A stretch of 43,553 nt of DNA from a virus (IMGVR_UViG_3300037467_000390:1-43553); one strand, 5' to 3'. Positions 25,114 to 34,815 are shown, counted from the first letter of the stretch. Program-made: numbers and translations. The notes: generated by a model not told the origin, from the sequence alone.

Positions 25114-26091
25114 TCAGAGCTTCACATACCAGGTGCCGATAAAGCCCGGCGGCGTGGTGGCAAATGGAATCCCACTCCCAAATGGTGATATCGAACCGTC
25201 AGGAGTGAATGTGTTCGTTGTCAACGTTGGCCCGATAGTCGGACCAGTCACGCCGTAGACGCCGCTATCGCCCGCGTTGGCGGCAAGCTGCACCAATCCG
25301 CCCTTGATCACGCCGGGGGCCGGTACGCCAACAGCCATACCAGTACCGGTAAAGGCAGGCGTTATGATCGGAAGCTCACCTTCTGAAAGCGTGTGCTTCT
25401 CATTTCCTCCGTATGTTCCAATCGTGTCTGGAGTGGCAAAACTCGCAGTGGTGAGGCGGTTGGCGCGGGTCGTCCCCATGCCATCAGCGCCGAAGAAGGT
25501 TCGGCCGCGACCATCGATCAGTGTGAGTTGTTTCCCGGCGCTGTAGTCTGCGGTTGCCGACGCGCCACGTCCCCCGATGACGGGGCAAATCGTGTCGCTG
25601 AACTCGCCCCACAGATATTCGAACAGCGCCTGCGTGTCAGCGTTAGCGCGGCCTGTCGCACCAGAAGTGGCATTACCAATTGTGCGGCCGTTCAGAGCCA
25701 CAAATCCAGGATGTGACCCGCTTCCCAAACGCGGCTTGAGATCGCCGGTCTGAAACAGAACTTCCGGCGCGACACCCCCGCCTCCACCGCCGCCACTTCC
25801 TGACGGACTGACGGCCTCCATTGTGATGTCGTAGGCGACATATCCGCCATCATCGCTGGATAGTCTTGCGCGGTACGTCCCATTATCAAGATAGAACATC
25901 GGAATCCGGCCGGCGCTATCAGCAGGGATAGGCCATGGATGTTGTTGGCCTGCCGTCAAGGCACTATCCTTGAAGGCGGTGACAGGCGTGTTCGTGCCAG
26001 CCTGATACAGGCGCAAAAGCGCCCCGCGCATCAGTTCGCCGTTCGGGTCGAAGTTGTTAACGAGGGCGAGCCCCGCTAGAATGCCGCTCAT
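25114..26091 (-). CDS. Tail fibre protein with collar-like domain
   Basis: Head-binding-like N-terminus (YQAGTNTP...ADSAGR), TGDLK...GFVALNGRTIG, DGRGR, GGNEKHTL. Confidence 0.8.
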   Translation of the reverse strand: MSGILAGLALVNNFDPNGELMRGALLRLYQAGTNTPVTAFKDSALTAGQQHPWPIPADSAGRIPMFYLDNGTYRARLSSDDGGYVAYDITMEAVSPSGSGGGGGGGVAPEVLFQTGDLKPRLGSGSHPGFVALNGRTIGNATSGATGRANADTQALFEYLWGEFSDTICPVIGGRGASATADYSAGKQLTLIDGRGRTFFGADGMGTTRANRLTTASFATPDTIGTYGGNEKHTLSEGELPIITPAFTGTGMAVGVPAPGVIKGGLVQLAANAGDSGVYGVTGPTIGPTLTTNTFTPDGSISPFGSGIPFATTPPGFIGTWYVKL

Positions 26092-26100
26092 GGATGCCCC

Positions 26101-26128
26101 AAAGAAAAAGCCACCCGGGAGGGTGGCT
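26101..26128 (-). terminator. Rho-independent terminator after the ejection-protein genes
   Basis: AGCCACCC-TCCC-GGGTGGCT followed by TTTTCTTT. Confidence 0.8.
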
Positions 26129-26155
26129 CTGTTGATCTATTCGGTTGCTGTGCTG

Positions 26156-28285
26156 CTACTGGCCTGGTGGCCGTGGAATGTCTGGCTTGTCGTCGGCGCG
26201 GCCTACGCCAGCCGCTTGAAGAACCGGAACGCTAGACGATTGCTCGCCTCCGACGCGGGCAGCGGGGAAATCCAACTTCCGAAAAACTTCGCGCAAAGCG
26301 GCTGATTTTCGAATGGCAGTTTCCCCTGCCTTCAAGAGAGATGGGTTATCCGACGCCAGAAGTTCGGCCACGCGGCGAGCCACTCGCTGGTCAATATGGC
26401 GACCGCCAGCAAGAAGCGCGCCCGTGAGCGCCGCCGCCGTCATTTTCTTCGGATCACCGTCGTAAACGCCGATCCCGCCGACGCCGGCAGTCCCACCCGC
26501 CAAGGTGCGCTCGATCCACTGCCGCGCCGTAGTTGAATTGCCTTGGATCGCATTCTTGACGCCATTCATCGCGCGTTCCGCGAGAAGCTTGGCCTCAAGC
26601 TTGGCGGCCTGATCTTCGCCTAGAACAAGCCTGATCTGATTGCGTGCAAATTCAGAATTGAAGATGTTCTTTACAACGTCCTGCCCATCGCGAAGGCTTT
26701 CGATTTTTGCAATGAGATTGGACACGAATCCCGTCTGGAAAAGCTTGCGCTCTGCCGGAGAAAGGGATGCAAGGCCTTTTCTGGCCTGCGCCAACGTCAT
26801 CGCGTCACGCCCGCCCATCGTCGCGAACTTTGCGCCAGCTTCTAGCGCATCTTGCGCGCCAAAGAATTTCGCAGCGCCAGCGCGAGCATCGGCATAGCTT
26901 GGGACAATCTCGTCCAGGTGATTACGCAGTGCCCGCGCGAACGCCTGACCTTCTGCACCCATCTGATCGAGGTTGCGCTTAACATGATCCCAGAACTGCA
27001 AATTCGGCGTTACTCCGGGTTGCAACTCAAGAGCCCCGGTTTCGCGGTTCATGACGAATGGATTTTTCAGCGGAGGAAAACCTTCCATCGCCGCTCGATT
27101 CCGGCCCGTCACGAACGCAAGTTGAATTGCCTTCTGCACAACGGGAGCTTGGGCGTACTGTTCAAGGCCGGCGTCCCAAATCGACTGACCCTCAGCGTAA
27201 GCCCTCTGATAGGCTGGACGGTTGGCTCGACGGGCAGCCTCTTGCAACCGATCAAGAGCCGCCCCCGGTTCAGGAAAATCAAACGTTTCTTTTAGAAAAT
27301 TTGCGATGCGCGGCTGTTGCGTTGCATATCGGTCGCTCGTGACCGCTTCGAGCGCGGCGCGGCCTTCCGGTGACGTATTAGCAGCAGAGCGTGCCAACGC
27401 CTGAGTCGTCTCGCCGCCCATGTCGGCGTTGATAATTGGTGATCCAGACGCGCGCGCGGCCGCAAACTCGTCGGCCGACAACCCCGGATTGGCACTGGCA
27501 GCATCACGCTGCCGGGCCAATGCGATTCGACGCGCCGCCTCCGTATCGGCGTCACGCAGGCCACGATAGCTGTTGACGATAGGCTGCGCGACCTTCCCGA
27601 TGCCTGCTTCTATGCCACGAATGGCGGCTGGCGCAACGCCACCGAGAATGCCGCCGACACCGGCGCCGATGACCGCACGACCAGCTCGGTCTACCGCTCC
27701 ATTTCCCTCCCCGGCCCCCGCGACTCCACCGAATGCGGCCCCGACACCAGCACCAGCGGCAATGCGCCCCGGCAGCGTGGCCGCCTGCCCCGCCGCGCCA
27801 ATGGGCACAGCCAAGGCCCCGCCAATCTGGCCGATGGTCGAAGCAACAGGGTGCTGCGTCTCGGCCTGTTGATTCAATTCCCGTTCGCGGGCAACGGCGG
27901 CATCGTATCGCTGTTTAACGCCCTGATCGCCGGACCAGTATTTTAGCGCGCCGGAGATAAGCGCCGATAGACTTGCCGGATCGTCAGGATTTGCCCCACT
28001 CGCTTCGACGAGCCCGCGTATCTCGTCACCGAAATTTGCGGTAAACCCTTGAGCCGCACCACGCGCAGAAGCATCGGCTACGCCGCGATCTGACTTAGGA
28101 CCGCCAACAGTAATGCGCGTGACACCTTCCGGAACAACCGCGCGCTGGACCGTCTCAGGAGTTCGCGCGGGCGCGGCATTATTCGCCAACGGCGCGGCCT
28201 CCCACCAGTTTGCGCCTGCTGCTGGCGTCGGCTGTGCAGATGATAGTTCAGACGCAAGCGGAGCAGCATCCCACCAATTCGCCAT
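26156..28285 (-). CDS. Large DNA ejection/internal virion protein
   Basis: Repeated NWW(D/E)AAPLA N-terminal motif, Gly/Ala-rich membrane-like segments, helical C-terminus; third gene of the ejection cluster. Confidence 0.75.
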   Translation of the reverse strand: MANWWDAAPLASELSSAQPTPAAGANWWEAAPLANNAAPARTPETVQRAVVPEGVTRITVGGPKSDRGVADASARGAAQGFTANFGDEIRGLVEASGANPDDPASLSALISGALKYWSGDQGVKQRYDAAVARERELNQQAETQHPVASTIGQIGGALAVPIGAAGQAATLPGRIAAGAGVGAAFGGVAGAGEGNGAVDRAGRAVIGAGVGGILGGVAPAAIRGIEAGIGKVAQPIVNSYRGLRDADTEAARRIALARQRDAASANPGLSADEFAAARASGSPIINADMGGETTQALARSAANTSPEGRAALEAVTSDRYATQQPRIANFLKETFDFPEPGAALDRLQEAARRANRPAYQRAYAEGQSIWDAGLEQYAQAPVVQKAIQLAFVTGRNRAAMEGFPPLKNPFVMNRETGALELQPGVTPNLQFWDHVKRNLDQMGAEGQAFARALRNHLDEIVPSYADARAGAAKFFGAQDALEAGAKFATMGGRDAMTLAQARKGLASLSPAERKLFQTGFVSNLIAKIESLRDGQDVVKNIFNSEFARNQIRLVLGEDQAAKLEAKLLAERAMNGVKNAIQGNSTTARQWIERTLAGGTAGVGGIGVYDGDPKKMTAAALTGALLAGGRHIDQRVARRVAELLASDNPSLLKAGETAIRKSAALREVFRKLDFPAARVGGEQSSSVPVLQAAGVGRADDKPDIPRPPGQ

Positions 28286-29901
28286 CAGGGTTTCACCCTT
28301 TGCGTGCCGTCTGGCGCCGTGAACACAGAGCCGGATGGAAGAGCGTTATACTGATCCTGCGTTATTGCCCCCTGCGAACTACTGCGAAGTTCATGCTGGA
28401 CCTGCTTAGGCGCGTGAAGCGCGGCCTGCATTTCCAAGCGCATCGTTTTGATAACAGCCTTATATGCTTCCGGCCCCTGAGCGGAGTTCAGCATGTCGTA
28501 TGCATGTTGCCGCATTGAATCTGTGGGGACGCCAGTTGGCGAAACCGCACGAACGTAGGCGTTCACCAGCGAGTTAGTTGCTGCGACGAAGCTCGCCAGT
28601 TCAGGGCTGCTGCTGCCTTTCTGGTACGCTTGGATCGCGCGGTTGATCGGCATCCATTGCGTGCGCGGAACGGCGTCAGATGCCTTCACCGCGATGTCGA
28701 TCATATTCTTAGCTTCGTTCGCCGCGAGACTGATATTAGCGGCTCGTGTTCCGACCGCGCGTTGACCGGCGATCTTACCGGCCTGCTCGTTGAAGTTATC
28801 GACGATGCCGGCCGGATTGAGTCCGGCAGCCTTCGCCTGCTTCATGATCTCGGTTCGGAGTTTGACGACGTTCTCCGCGCCTTGAGCGCCGCGTCCGAGA
28901 TTTTGCAGAACTGTCCGATCCCCTGCCAAATATTGCTGCGCCATCGCCGCCGTTGTCTCGTCATCGAGCGTGGCGTTTGAATTGTTCTTGTAAACGACTT
29001 CGCGGTTTTTCGGATCGAACACAGTCCCGCCAGCGGACACGTTCATAAGACCGCCGTTCTTCTCATCCTTGGCCTTTAGAGCGATAGTCTTTTGGCCCGT
29101 CGTCTGATTGACGTTCCAGATATTGCCGTCCGCGTCCGTTTCCTGACTGAACCGCTGCCCGGTCATCTTGGCTTTGAGCAGATCTATGGCGAGCGGTCGC
29201 GTGGCCGGATTGGCGGCGAGCGCTGCGATCTGTTCTCGCGACGGGCCACCTTGACCGATGGCGCCGATTGCAGCCGCGGAAGATGCCGCCAGTTCAACAT
29301 GCGGCGGATCGTTTGCGACCGGCTGCGCCAACCCATACTGAGGTAGCATCGCGCGTTGATCGGCAGACATGCCGCCGATATCGACCGCCAAGCCGCGTTC
29401 ATGGTTCGACGTGCCCGGCGCTGCAACTGGATTCGGATTGTTGCCACGATCCGCATAGAGACGCGCCTGATCGGCAGTCGAGCGAACACCGCTACTCATA
29501 TACGTGCCGGGATTGTCTTGGATGAAATCCTGCGACTGATCGGCAAGACGCATATTCATCCCGGCCTGTCCGGGGAAAGCGTTGCCGTCATTCGGCATCG
29601 TGGGGCCAATCGTTGTAGGCGCGGCACTCGGTTGCGATGCGCCACCGCCAAACGCTGCATTGATCGCAGCGGATGCCGCCGCATTCTCTTGCTGTTTCTG
29701 ACCTAGCTGCAACAGCGAAACGACGCCGTTGATATTTCCGGTCGAAGCGAGCCGCCCCGCCGCCTGCTTGTAGTCCAGCGTCCCGTCCGCCAAGCCCTTG
29801 CCAAGATCAGTGAGTGTCCTGCGGTTCTGTGCCTCTCGGTACACATTGCCGAGATCGCCCAACGTGGAGAAATTCAGCATCGGGACAGTGAGTTCAGCCA
29901 T
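28285..29901 (-). CDS. DNA ejection protein with embedded M15 (VanY-like) peptidase domain
   Basis: SGVRSTADQARLY...PGTSNHERGLAVD...DPPHVE; ends FTAPDGTQRVKP. Confidence 0.8.
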   Translation of the reverse strand: MAELTVPMLNFSTLGDLGNVYREAQNRRTLTDLGKGLADGTLDYKQAAGRLASTGNINGVVSLLQLGQKQQENAAASAAINAAFGGGASQPSAAPTTIGPTMPNDGNAFPGQAGMNMRLADQSQDFIQDNPGTYMSSGVRSTADQARLYADRGNNPNPVAAPGTSNHERGLAVDIGGMSADQRAMLPQYGLAQPVANDPPHVELAASSAAAIGAIGQGGPSREQIAALAANPATRPLAIDLLKAKMTGQRFSQETDADGNIWNVNQTTGQKTIALKAKDEKNGGLMNVSAGGTVFDPKNREVVYKNNSNATLDDETTAAMAQQYLAGDRTVLQNLGRGAQGAENVVKLRTEIMKQAKAAGLNPAGIVDNFNEQAGKIAGQRAVGTRAANISLAANEAKNMIDIAVKASDAVPRTQWMPINRAIQAYQKGSSSPELASFVAATNSLVNAYVRAVSPTGVPTDSMRQHAYDMLNSAQGPEAYKAVIKTMRLEMQAALHAPKQVQHELRSSSQGAITQDQYNALPSGSVFTAPDGTQRVKP

Positions 29902-29910
29902 GGCGCGACC

Positions 29911-30579
29911 TCAGAGCCCCGCGCCCAACTTGGCGAGGTTCATACCGAAGTTGAAGATATTACCAGACGCGGCAGTCTTTGCGTTGGCTTCCTGTGTGTT
30001 CTGGCTGTTGATGCCATTCGTGACAGTCGTGTTCAGGCCAACGAGATTGCCAGCATTCTGCTGCGCAAGATTCGCTTGACTGCCGTAGATGCCCGCTTGG
30101 CCGGCCGCAGCGGCGTTCGTTGCGGTGAGTGCGTTGCTGTTGAGGCCCGATAAATTGGACAGCCATGGATTCCACTCCGAGCTTGCCAGACCTGCCCCGA
30201 AACGTTGAGCATCAACATCGGCGTTTCCGCTGTTAAACATGCCTCCAGCCGCACGGCGCCGATTGATCGCCTCTAGGCCCTGGTCCAAGTTGAATTGATA
30301 ACCTGGGCTCGTCTGAAACGACGCGCGGGCCGCATCGCTCCCCGCCTGTCCATTGAGGCCAAGCGCGTTGAGGTACATCTGGGTACCCTGCCCGTACTGC
30401 CCCGCGAGATCGGACAGAGACTGATACCCGCCCAGCGCATTATTCAGCGCCGTGTTGGCCGTGTTGTAGCCCTGACCATAAATGTCAGTGCCTTTCGTCA
30501 GCAGCGAGCTGAGATTGCCTCGGTTTTCTTCAGCGGCTTTCGAGGCCGAGTCGCCAGTGAAAATGTCGAACAGACCCAT
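29911..30579 (-). CDS. DNA ejection/pilot protein (P22 gp7-like position)
   Basis: MGLFDIFTG start, FQTSPGYQFNLDQG...AAGG...SGN motif, Gly/Ala/Asn/Gln-rich. Confidence 0.8.
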   Translation of the reverse strand: MGLFDIFTGDSASKAAEENRGNLSSLLTKGTDIYGQGYNTANTALNNALGGYQSLSDLAGQYGQGTQMYLNALGLNGQAGSDAARASFQTSPGYQFNLDQGLEAINRRRAAGGMFNSGNADVDAQRFGAGLASSEWNPWLSNLSGLNSNALTATNAAAAGQAGIYGSQANLAQQNAGNLVGLNTTVTNGINSQNTQEANAKTAASGNIFNFGMNLAKLGAGL

Positions 30580-30587
30580 GCGGCCTC

Positions 30588-31793
30588 CTATGAAGTGCAA
30601 TACTCAGTGACAATGACGAGGCCTGTTTTGCCGTCGCCGCCATTCGCCGTGAGCGTTCCCGATCCATTGCTTGATGCGCCGGAACCTCCACCACCAAATC
30701 CGGAGGCGTTGTTACCGGCTATACTGCCCGCGCCGGCCACGCCCTGAGCCCCTCCACCCAAGTGAGCCGACCCACCATTGCCACTTGAAAAAGCGATGTT
30801 TGCATTCACCGCGTTGTACAAACCCGATCCGCCGGGAGAGCCGACAACACCATAATCCGCAGCGCCGTTTGCCGTTGAACCGTTCGAACTACCAGCACCA
30901 CCGACACCGACCTGACTACTGGACCCATACTTCCCGCCGAGGCCACCACCCGCGAGCAACAACGCTCCAGCAGCATCAACGAAACTATCCCCGCCATTGC
31001 CGCCATTCGCCGCGCCGACACCACCAACGCCGCCAGCGCCAATGGTAATTGATTTCGAGGCACCTATTTGCGACGGAGTAAAAAGGCCACTCATGAAGCA
31101 ACCGCCGCCGCCGCCGCCGCCTTGATAAAGCTGACCGGAAGTACCAGAAACACCGCCACCACCGCCGCCGCCGCCCACCGCTTCGATCAATGTCGTAATT
31201 GCATTTGCATCGGCCGTGAACGTGCCGCTACTGCGAAAAATGGTACGCTTGATCCGTCTCACGGTACCAAGCGATATGCTGGCCGCACTTGCGCTTAAGG
31301 CAGTTAAAAGCGAACGACCGTATGAAGCGGTTGATAATGCCGCTATCGCCGTCAGATCGGCGTCCAACTGCTGGTAGGCCGCATTTCCTTCCGCTGATGT
31401 TAGATACTGCGGGTGAGGATCGGTTGCTGCGACATGAGCCGCCACAGCCGTGGAGGCCGTGCCGCTCGCATCGAAGTCGCCAACCGCCGCATAAGCTGCC
31501 GTGCCAAGACTAGACGCCTGAGCCGCACCGACAATCCTGCTATCATTACCTTCCGCGACCGTCCCAGCTATCGTCCCAAACTGAACCGAAATAGTTCGGT
31601 CCGCGCTGAGATCGCCACCGCCAGTTAGGCCAGTTCCTGTAGATATCAGTCGTGTCGGCTGGACACCCGTCGCTAGCTCTGCCGTTTTGCGTGCAAAGCG
31701 GTCAAGATCGAACAGGTACTCATAAACAAGCGGCTTTCCATTGACGCTGAACCATGCCTGATCGGCCGTTGGCATTGGCCTCAATCGCGTCAC
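30588..31793 (-). CDS. Tail needle/fibre-like protein with C-terminal glycine-rich domain
   Basis: GTGLTGGGDLSADRT, HVAATDPHPQY, LDADLTAIAAL, then IEAVGGGGGGG...GLVIVTEY. Confidence 0.75.
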   Translation of the reverse strand: MTRLRPMPTADQAWFSVNGKPLVYEYLFDLDRFARKTAELATGVQPTRLISTGTGLTGGGDLSADRTISVQFGTIAGTVAEGNDSRIVGAAQASSLGTAAYAAVGDFDASGTASTAVAAHVAATDPHPQYLTSAEGNAAYQQLDADLTAIAALSTASYGRSLLTALSASAASISLGTVRRIKRTIFRSSGTFTADANAITTLIEAVGGGGGGGGVSGTSGQLYQGGGGGGGCFMSGLFTPSQIGASKSITIGAGGVGGVGAANGGNGGDSFVDAAGALLLAGGGLGGKYGSSSQVGVGGAGSSNGSTANGAADYGVVGSPGGSGLYNAVNANIAFSSGNGGSAHLGGGAQGVAGAGSIAGNNASGFGGGGSGASSNGSGTLTANGGDGKTGLVIVTEYCTS

Positions 31794-33205
31794 GGCCGAA
31801 GCTCCTGCACCTCAGCGGCAGCGCCCATGATCGATACGTCAACAGGATCCGCAACAGACAACCGAATGCGGAAGCCCTGCCCCGTCGCGTGTCCAAAATT
31901 GTTTGCAGCGATCGATTGTCGCCCTATGGCCTGCCGACCGATCTTGCATTGGCGCGGGATGCACCACGTCAAGCCGCCATCGCCAGAAACCTCAATCTCC
32001 ATCGTCGGATCAGTCTCAATAGGATCGGCGCCAGTCGCGATGCCAGCGCCAACGGTTGCGTAAACAAACACCCGGTTAATCCGCATGCGAGACGGAAACT
32101 TGCGCTGCGGGGCCGTTTCTATGCTGTAGCGCAGCGGCTCTCCGTACTCAGTCCGCGTATCCGAATCGATATAGCCGAGATTGCCGGTCGTCCGATCACC
32201 GACGATCCACTTGCCGAAGGCATTCACCGCCTGCGTTGCTCGCCAGCGTGTCGTAAGATAGCTGCGCCGGATGCGCCATTTCTGCGTATTGAGATCGAAG
32301 CTCCACGACCACTCGTCGCATTGCACGACCGCCAGCAGATGGCCGCGCGCGCCGTAGGTCAGAACCTCGATTTTCGTCTTGTCCGCAACTTTCTGAATCA
32401 GTTGATCAAGATCAGGCGGGCTGATTTTGTTCGGAGCGCCGCTCGAAAATTGATGAACGGCATTATCGTCACCCACGAAGATGATGCCGCCGCCGAAACC
32501 GTCTTGATGGCCTGATAGCGCGTTTTGACCGATCAATCCGCGATCAATTCCCTGCATAAAGCTGAACGGAAACCCGGGCGCGTCGTTGACTGAGCCGCCC
32601 CACACCTCGATCGACGACAGCCCAAATGCTAACAAGACACCGCCAGCCGGAACCACGCGGTAAAGCGTATCCGGCTTGTATTCAGCCGTTGCATAATCCA
32701 GCGTATTGATATCGGTCGAATTAGGGCTCGTCGCCCGCATCGTCCCGTCGCCATATGAAAAGAAGAAAAACGACTTGAACGTACAAACAGAGTTTGGCTG
32801 ACCGACATCGACATCTGGATAAGCAGAAACCGCTCCTGACGCGATGATAAACGCACCGTCCCCCGGGGCAACAACGACAATATCAGGAACCGTTGCATTG
32901 TTACGCGCCATGAATACCGGGCCCGTGCCCGGCAAGCTGCCAGTCAACTGAACGCCAGCACCGCCCGCCTGCGAATACTGGAAAACTTTGGTACCCACCA
33001 CGGCATAAACAGAACCTGTCACCGTGATAGCACCGCGAAATTCACCGCCGATGTTCGTTCCGAATAGCTTTATTCCGGCATCCCGCACAATTCGCAGGTC
33101 GCCATCCTCTCCGTCAGGCTCCGCGTAGCAGTTCACCAGAACGCCACGCGACTCCTGCGGACGATTGCCGGGGAACGTGGACTTTGGGAGAGCGATGGGA
33201 ATCAT
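31790..33205 (-). CDS. Tail hub/packaged-DNA stabilization protein (P22 gp10-like)
   Basis: 471 aa beta-rich protein with LVNCYAE, ATAEYKPD, SIEVW and VSGDGGLTW; follows the adaptor gene. Confidence 0.8.
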   Translation of the reverse strand: MIPIALPKSTFPGNRPQESRGVLVNCYAEPDGEDGDLRIVRDAGIKLFGTNIGGEFRGAITVTGSVYAVVGTKVFQYSQAGGAGVQLTGSLPGTGPVFMARNNATVPDIVVVAPGDGAFIIASGAVSAYPDVDVGQPNSVCTFKSFFFFSYGDGTMRATSPNSTDINTLDYATAEYKPDTLYRVVPAGGVLLAFGLSSIEVWGGSVNDAPGFPFSFMQGIDRGLIGQNALSGHQDGFGGGIIFVGDDNAVHQFSSGAPNKISPPDLDQLIQKVADKTKIEVLTYGARGHLLAVVQCDEWSWSFDLNTQKWRIRRSYLTTRWRATQAVNAFGKWIVGDRTTGNLGYIDSDTRTEYGEPLRYSIETAPQRKFPSRMRINRVFVYATVGAGIATGADPIETDPTMEIEVSGDGGLTWCIPRQCKIGRQAIGRQSIAANNFGHATGQGFRIRLSVADPVDVSIMGAAAEVQELRP

Positions 33206-33642
33206 TGCTTGCGCTCATCAAAAACGATACGACCGTTCGGTGCCGCTAATTGACTATCGTTCACCCATTGCGGCGCGTTTGGCCCAGCCCACTGACTTTC
33301 GGACGAAAACGATTGATGCAGCGGCGTCTTGAATCTGTCCGTGTAATGCAGCAAATGATCGTTAGGATTGATCGCTGTTGAAACCCCTGGCTGTTGCTGC
33401 CGAGCGGCCTGATAAAACCCGCGCATATCGTAGTCAGTCGTTTTTGCGTTCGGATCGAATGGCACATTGTTCTGTTGCAGCCATTGCCTGAACTGGAATT
33501 CATCCATCAGAGGAAGTTGCGTGTTGTAATCAGATGGAAGAACGCGCGGGCCGTAGTTGCCGAGATCTCCAAGCGATTTCTGCTGCGGTTGCTGCTGTTG
33601 GTACAGCGCCCCGAGATCGGATAGGCTCAAATTGTCAGCCAT
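33202..33642 (-). CDS. Inserted hypothetical protein (146 aa), candidate virion-packaged effector
   Basis: MADNLSLSDLG...SLGDLG leader; core YNTQL...FRQW...DYDMRGFY...HYTDRFKTPLHQSFSSES. Confidence 0.7.
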   Translation of the reverse strand: MADNLSLSDLGALYQQQQPQQKSLGDLGNYGPRVLPSDYNTQLPLMDEFQFRQWLQQNNVPFDPNAKTTDYDMRGFYQAARQQQPGVSTAINPNDHLLHYTDRFKTPLHQSFSSESQWAGPNAPQWVNDSQLAAPNGRIVFDERKQ

Positions 33643-33670
33643 GAAAAAACCAGCATGCGGGTGGTCGGTA

Positions 33671-33721
33671 GGACTTGGGGAGCGCGATGGGGATTGGAGT
33701 CGTGGCTGGCGCAAACGACAT
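33671..33721 (-). pseudogene. Stranded 5' remnant of the gp10-like gene
   Basis: ATG at 33721 (TGATG-coupled to the adaptor gene) reads MSFAPATTPIPIALPKS. 33671-33694 matches 33179-33202 at 21/24 nt, with only synonymous changes. Confidence 0.7.
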
Positions 33722-34062
33722 CAGAAATATTCCGTTTGCAGCGGTTCACGCGTCGGGCTGGGCGCGAGAATGCGACGGATTTCCTGCTCCTGCATCAGTC
33801 GCCCCGCCTCATCCTGCGGCAGGCCGTATTTCGGCGCGGACGCATTCGCGAGAAGCCAAGTGAGCGGGATATAGATTTCGTCCGGCAAGTCCTCACGATC
33901 GGCAATCGTCACGATGCCCTTGCGCGACAACTGACGATACAGGGGCTCGATGAAGCCCTGCATCGTCGCGTAGTCTTCAGCGGGCACGGCCTGACCGACG
34001 CCAGGACCGCGCCCGAGAAGATCGAGCGCATCAGCGATAATGTTTGCGCTCGTTTTGGACAT
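33721..34062 (-). CDS. Head-to-tail adaptor (P22 gp4-like)
   Basis: IIADALDLLG...WLLANASAPKYG...EYF; size and position fit. Confidence 0.75.
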   Translation of the reverse strand: MSKTSANIIADALDLLGRGPGVGQAVPAEDYATMQGFIEPLYRQLSRKGIVTIADREDLPDEIYIPLTWLLANASAPKYGLPQDEAGRLMQEQEIRRILAPSPTREPLQTEYF

Positions 34063-34064
34063 GG

Positions 34065-34337
34065 TTAGCCCTGTCCTTCGCCAGCATCGGCATTGGCCGG
34101 CTGATCCACTTCTTCCTTCGGCTTCGGCGGTCGGCCTGGCTTGCGCTTCGGCTCGTCCGCGATCTCTTCACCGAGTTCCACATCGAAATGCGGATTATCA
34201 TGACACTTGGTGATCAGCGCACCATGGTCATTGGTGTTGAGTTCTTGCGGGTGACCATCGAAGAATGTGACGCCGCGCGTGGTCACGACTTGGCTCTCGC
34301 CTTCGGCCGCGTTGTAGGTAACGGTTGCTTTACGCAT
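34065..34337 (-). CDS. Hypothetical head-associated protein
   Basis: GVTFFDG...NPHFDV, basic KRKPGRPPK tail. Confidence 0.7.
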   Translation of the reverse strand: MRKATVTYNAAEGESQVVTTRGVTFFDGHPQELNTNDHGALITKCHDNPHFDVELGEEIADEPKRKPGRPPKPKEEVDQPANADAGEGQG

Positions 34338-34344
34338 GTGTCAC

Positions 34345-34761
34345 CTACTTCATGAAGCCTGTGAGATACAGATCGATCGTGCCGGCCGCCGCCACGTTGG
34401 AGCCGGTCGTCGCGGTCACGAGGATTTCTGTGTCTACCGTGTTTTCATACAGCAGCCCGGTTGAAGCGAGCGTCTGCGTCGAGGTGCCCGCCTGTCCGAT
34501 AGTTGACGAGGACAGATAGCGCGTGCTTGACCCGGCATCGCCAACGCTCAAGGCGAGCGCGACAGTGCCGGTGTCCATGTCGGTCGCAACGGCGATAATG
34601 CCGGTGACGACAAAGCCTTTCGGCACAACGAACGCCTTTACGACGGCGCCGGTCACAAGATCGGTCGCAGCCATGTTCACGCGACGACCGAACGTCTTGT
34701 TGGTTCGGGCAAAGCCCTGACCGCCAACCTGCGGCTGGGTGTAGTCCTGACGAGTAGCCAT
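34345..34761 (-). CDS. Putative capsid decoration/cement protein
   Basis: 138 aa beta-rich protein (VGDAG...RYL) directly after the capsid gene; strong GGAAGGA RBS. Confidence 0.65.
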   Translation of the reverse strand: MATRQDYTQPQVGGQGFARTNKTFGRRVNMAATDLVTGAVVKAFVVPKGFVVTGIIAVATDMDTGTVALALSVGDAGSSTRYLSSSTIGQAGTSTQTLASTGLLYENTVDTEILVTATTGSNVAAAGTIDLYLTGFMK

Positions 34762-34785
34762 GTCGGCTATTCCTTCCGATTGAGA

Positions 34786-34815
34786 GAAAATGAAAGAGCC
34801 GCCCGAAGGCGGCTC
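34786..34815 (-). terminator. Rho-independent terminator after the major capsid gene
   Basis: GAGCCGCC-TTCG-GGCGGCTC followed by TTTCATTTTC. Confidence 0.85.

Noticed and set aside
22516-26091. Diversity-generating retroelement or invertible tail-fibre switch
   Set aside because: No reverse transcriptase, invertase, template/variable repeat pair or flanking inverted repeats seen.
31090-31180. (CCG)n tandem repeats as contingency loci
   Set aside because: They encode poly-Gly tracts of the glycine-rich tail domain, and triplet changes would not shift the frame.
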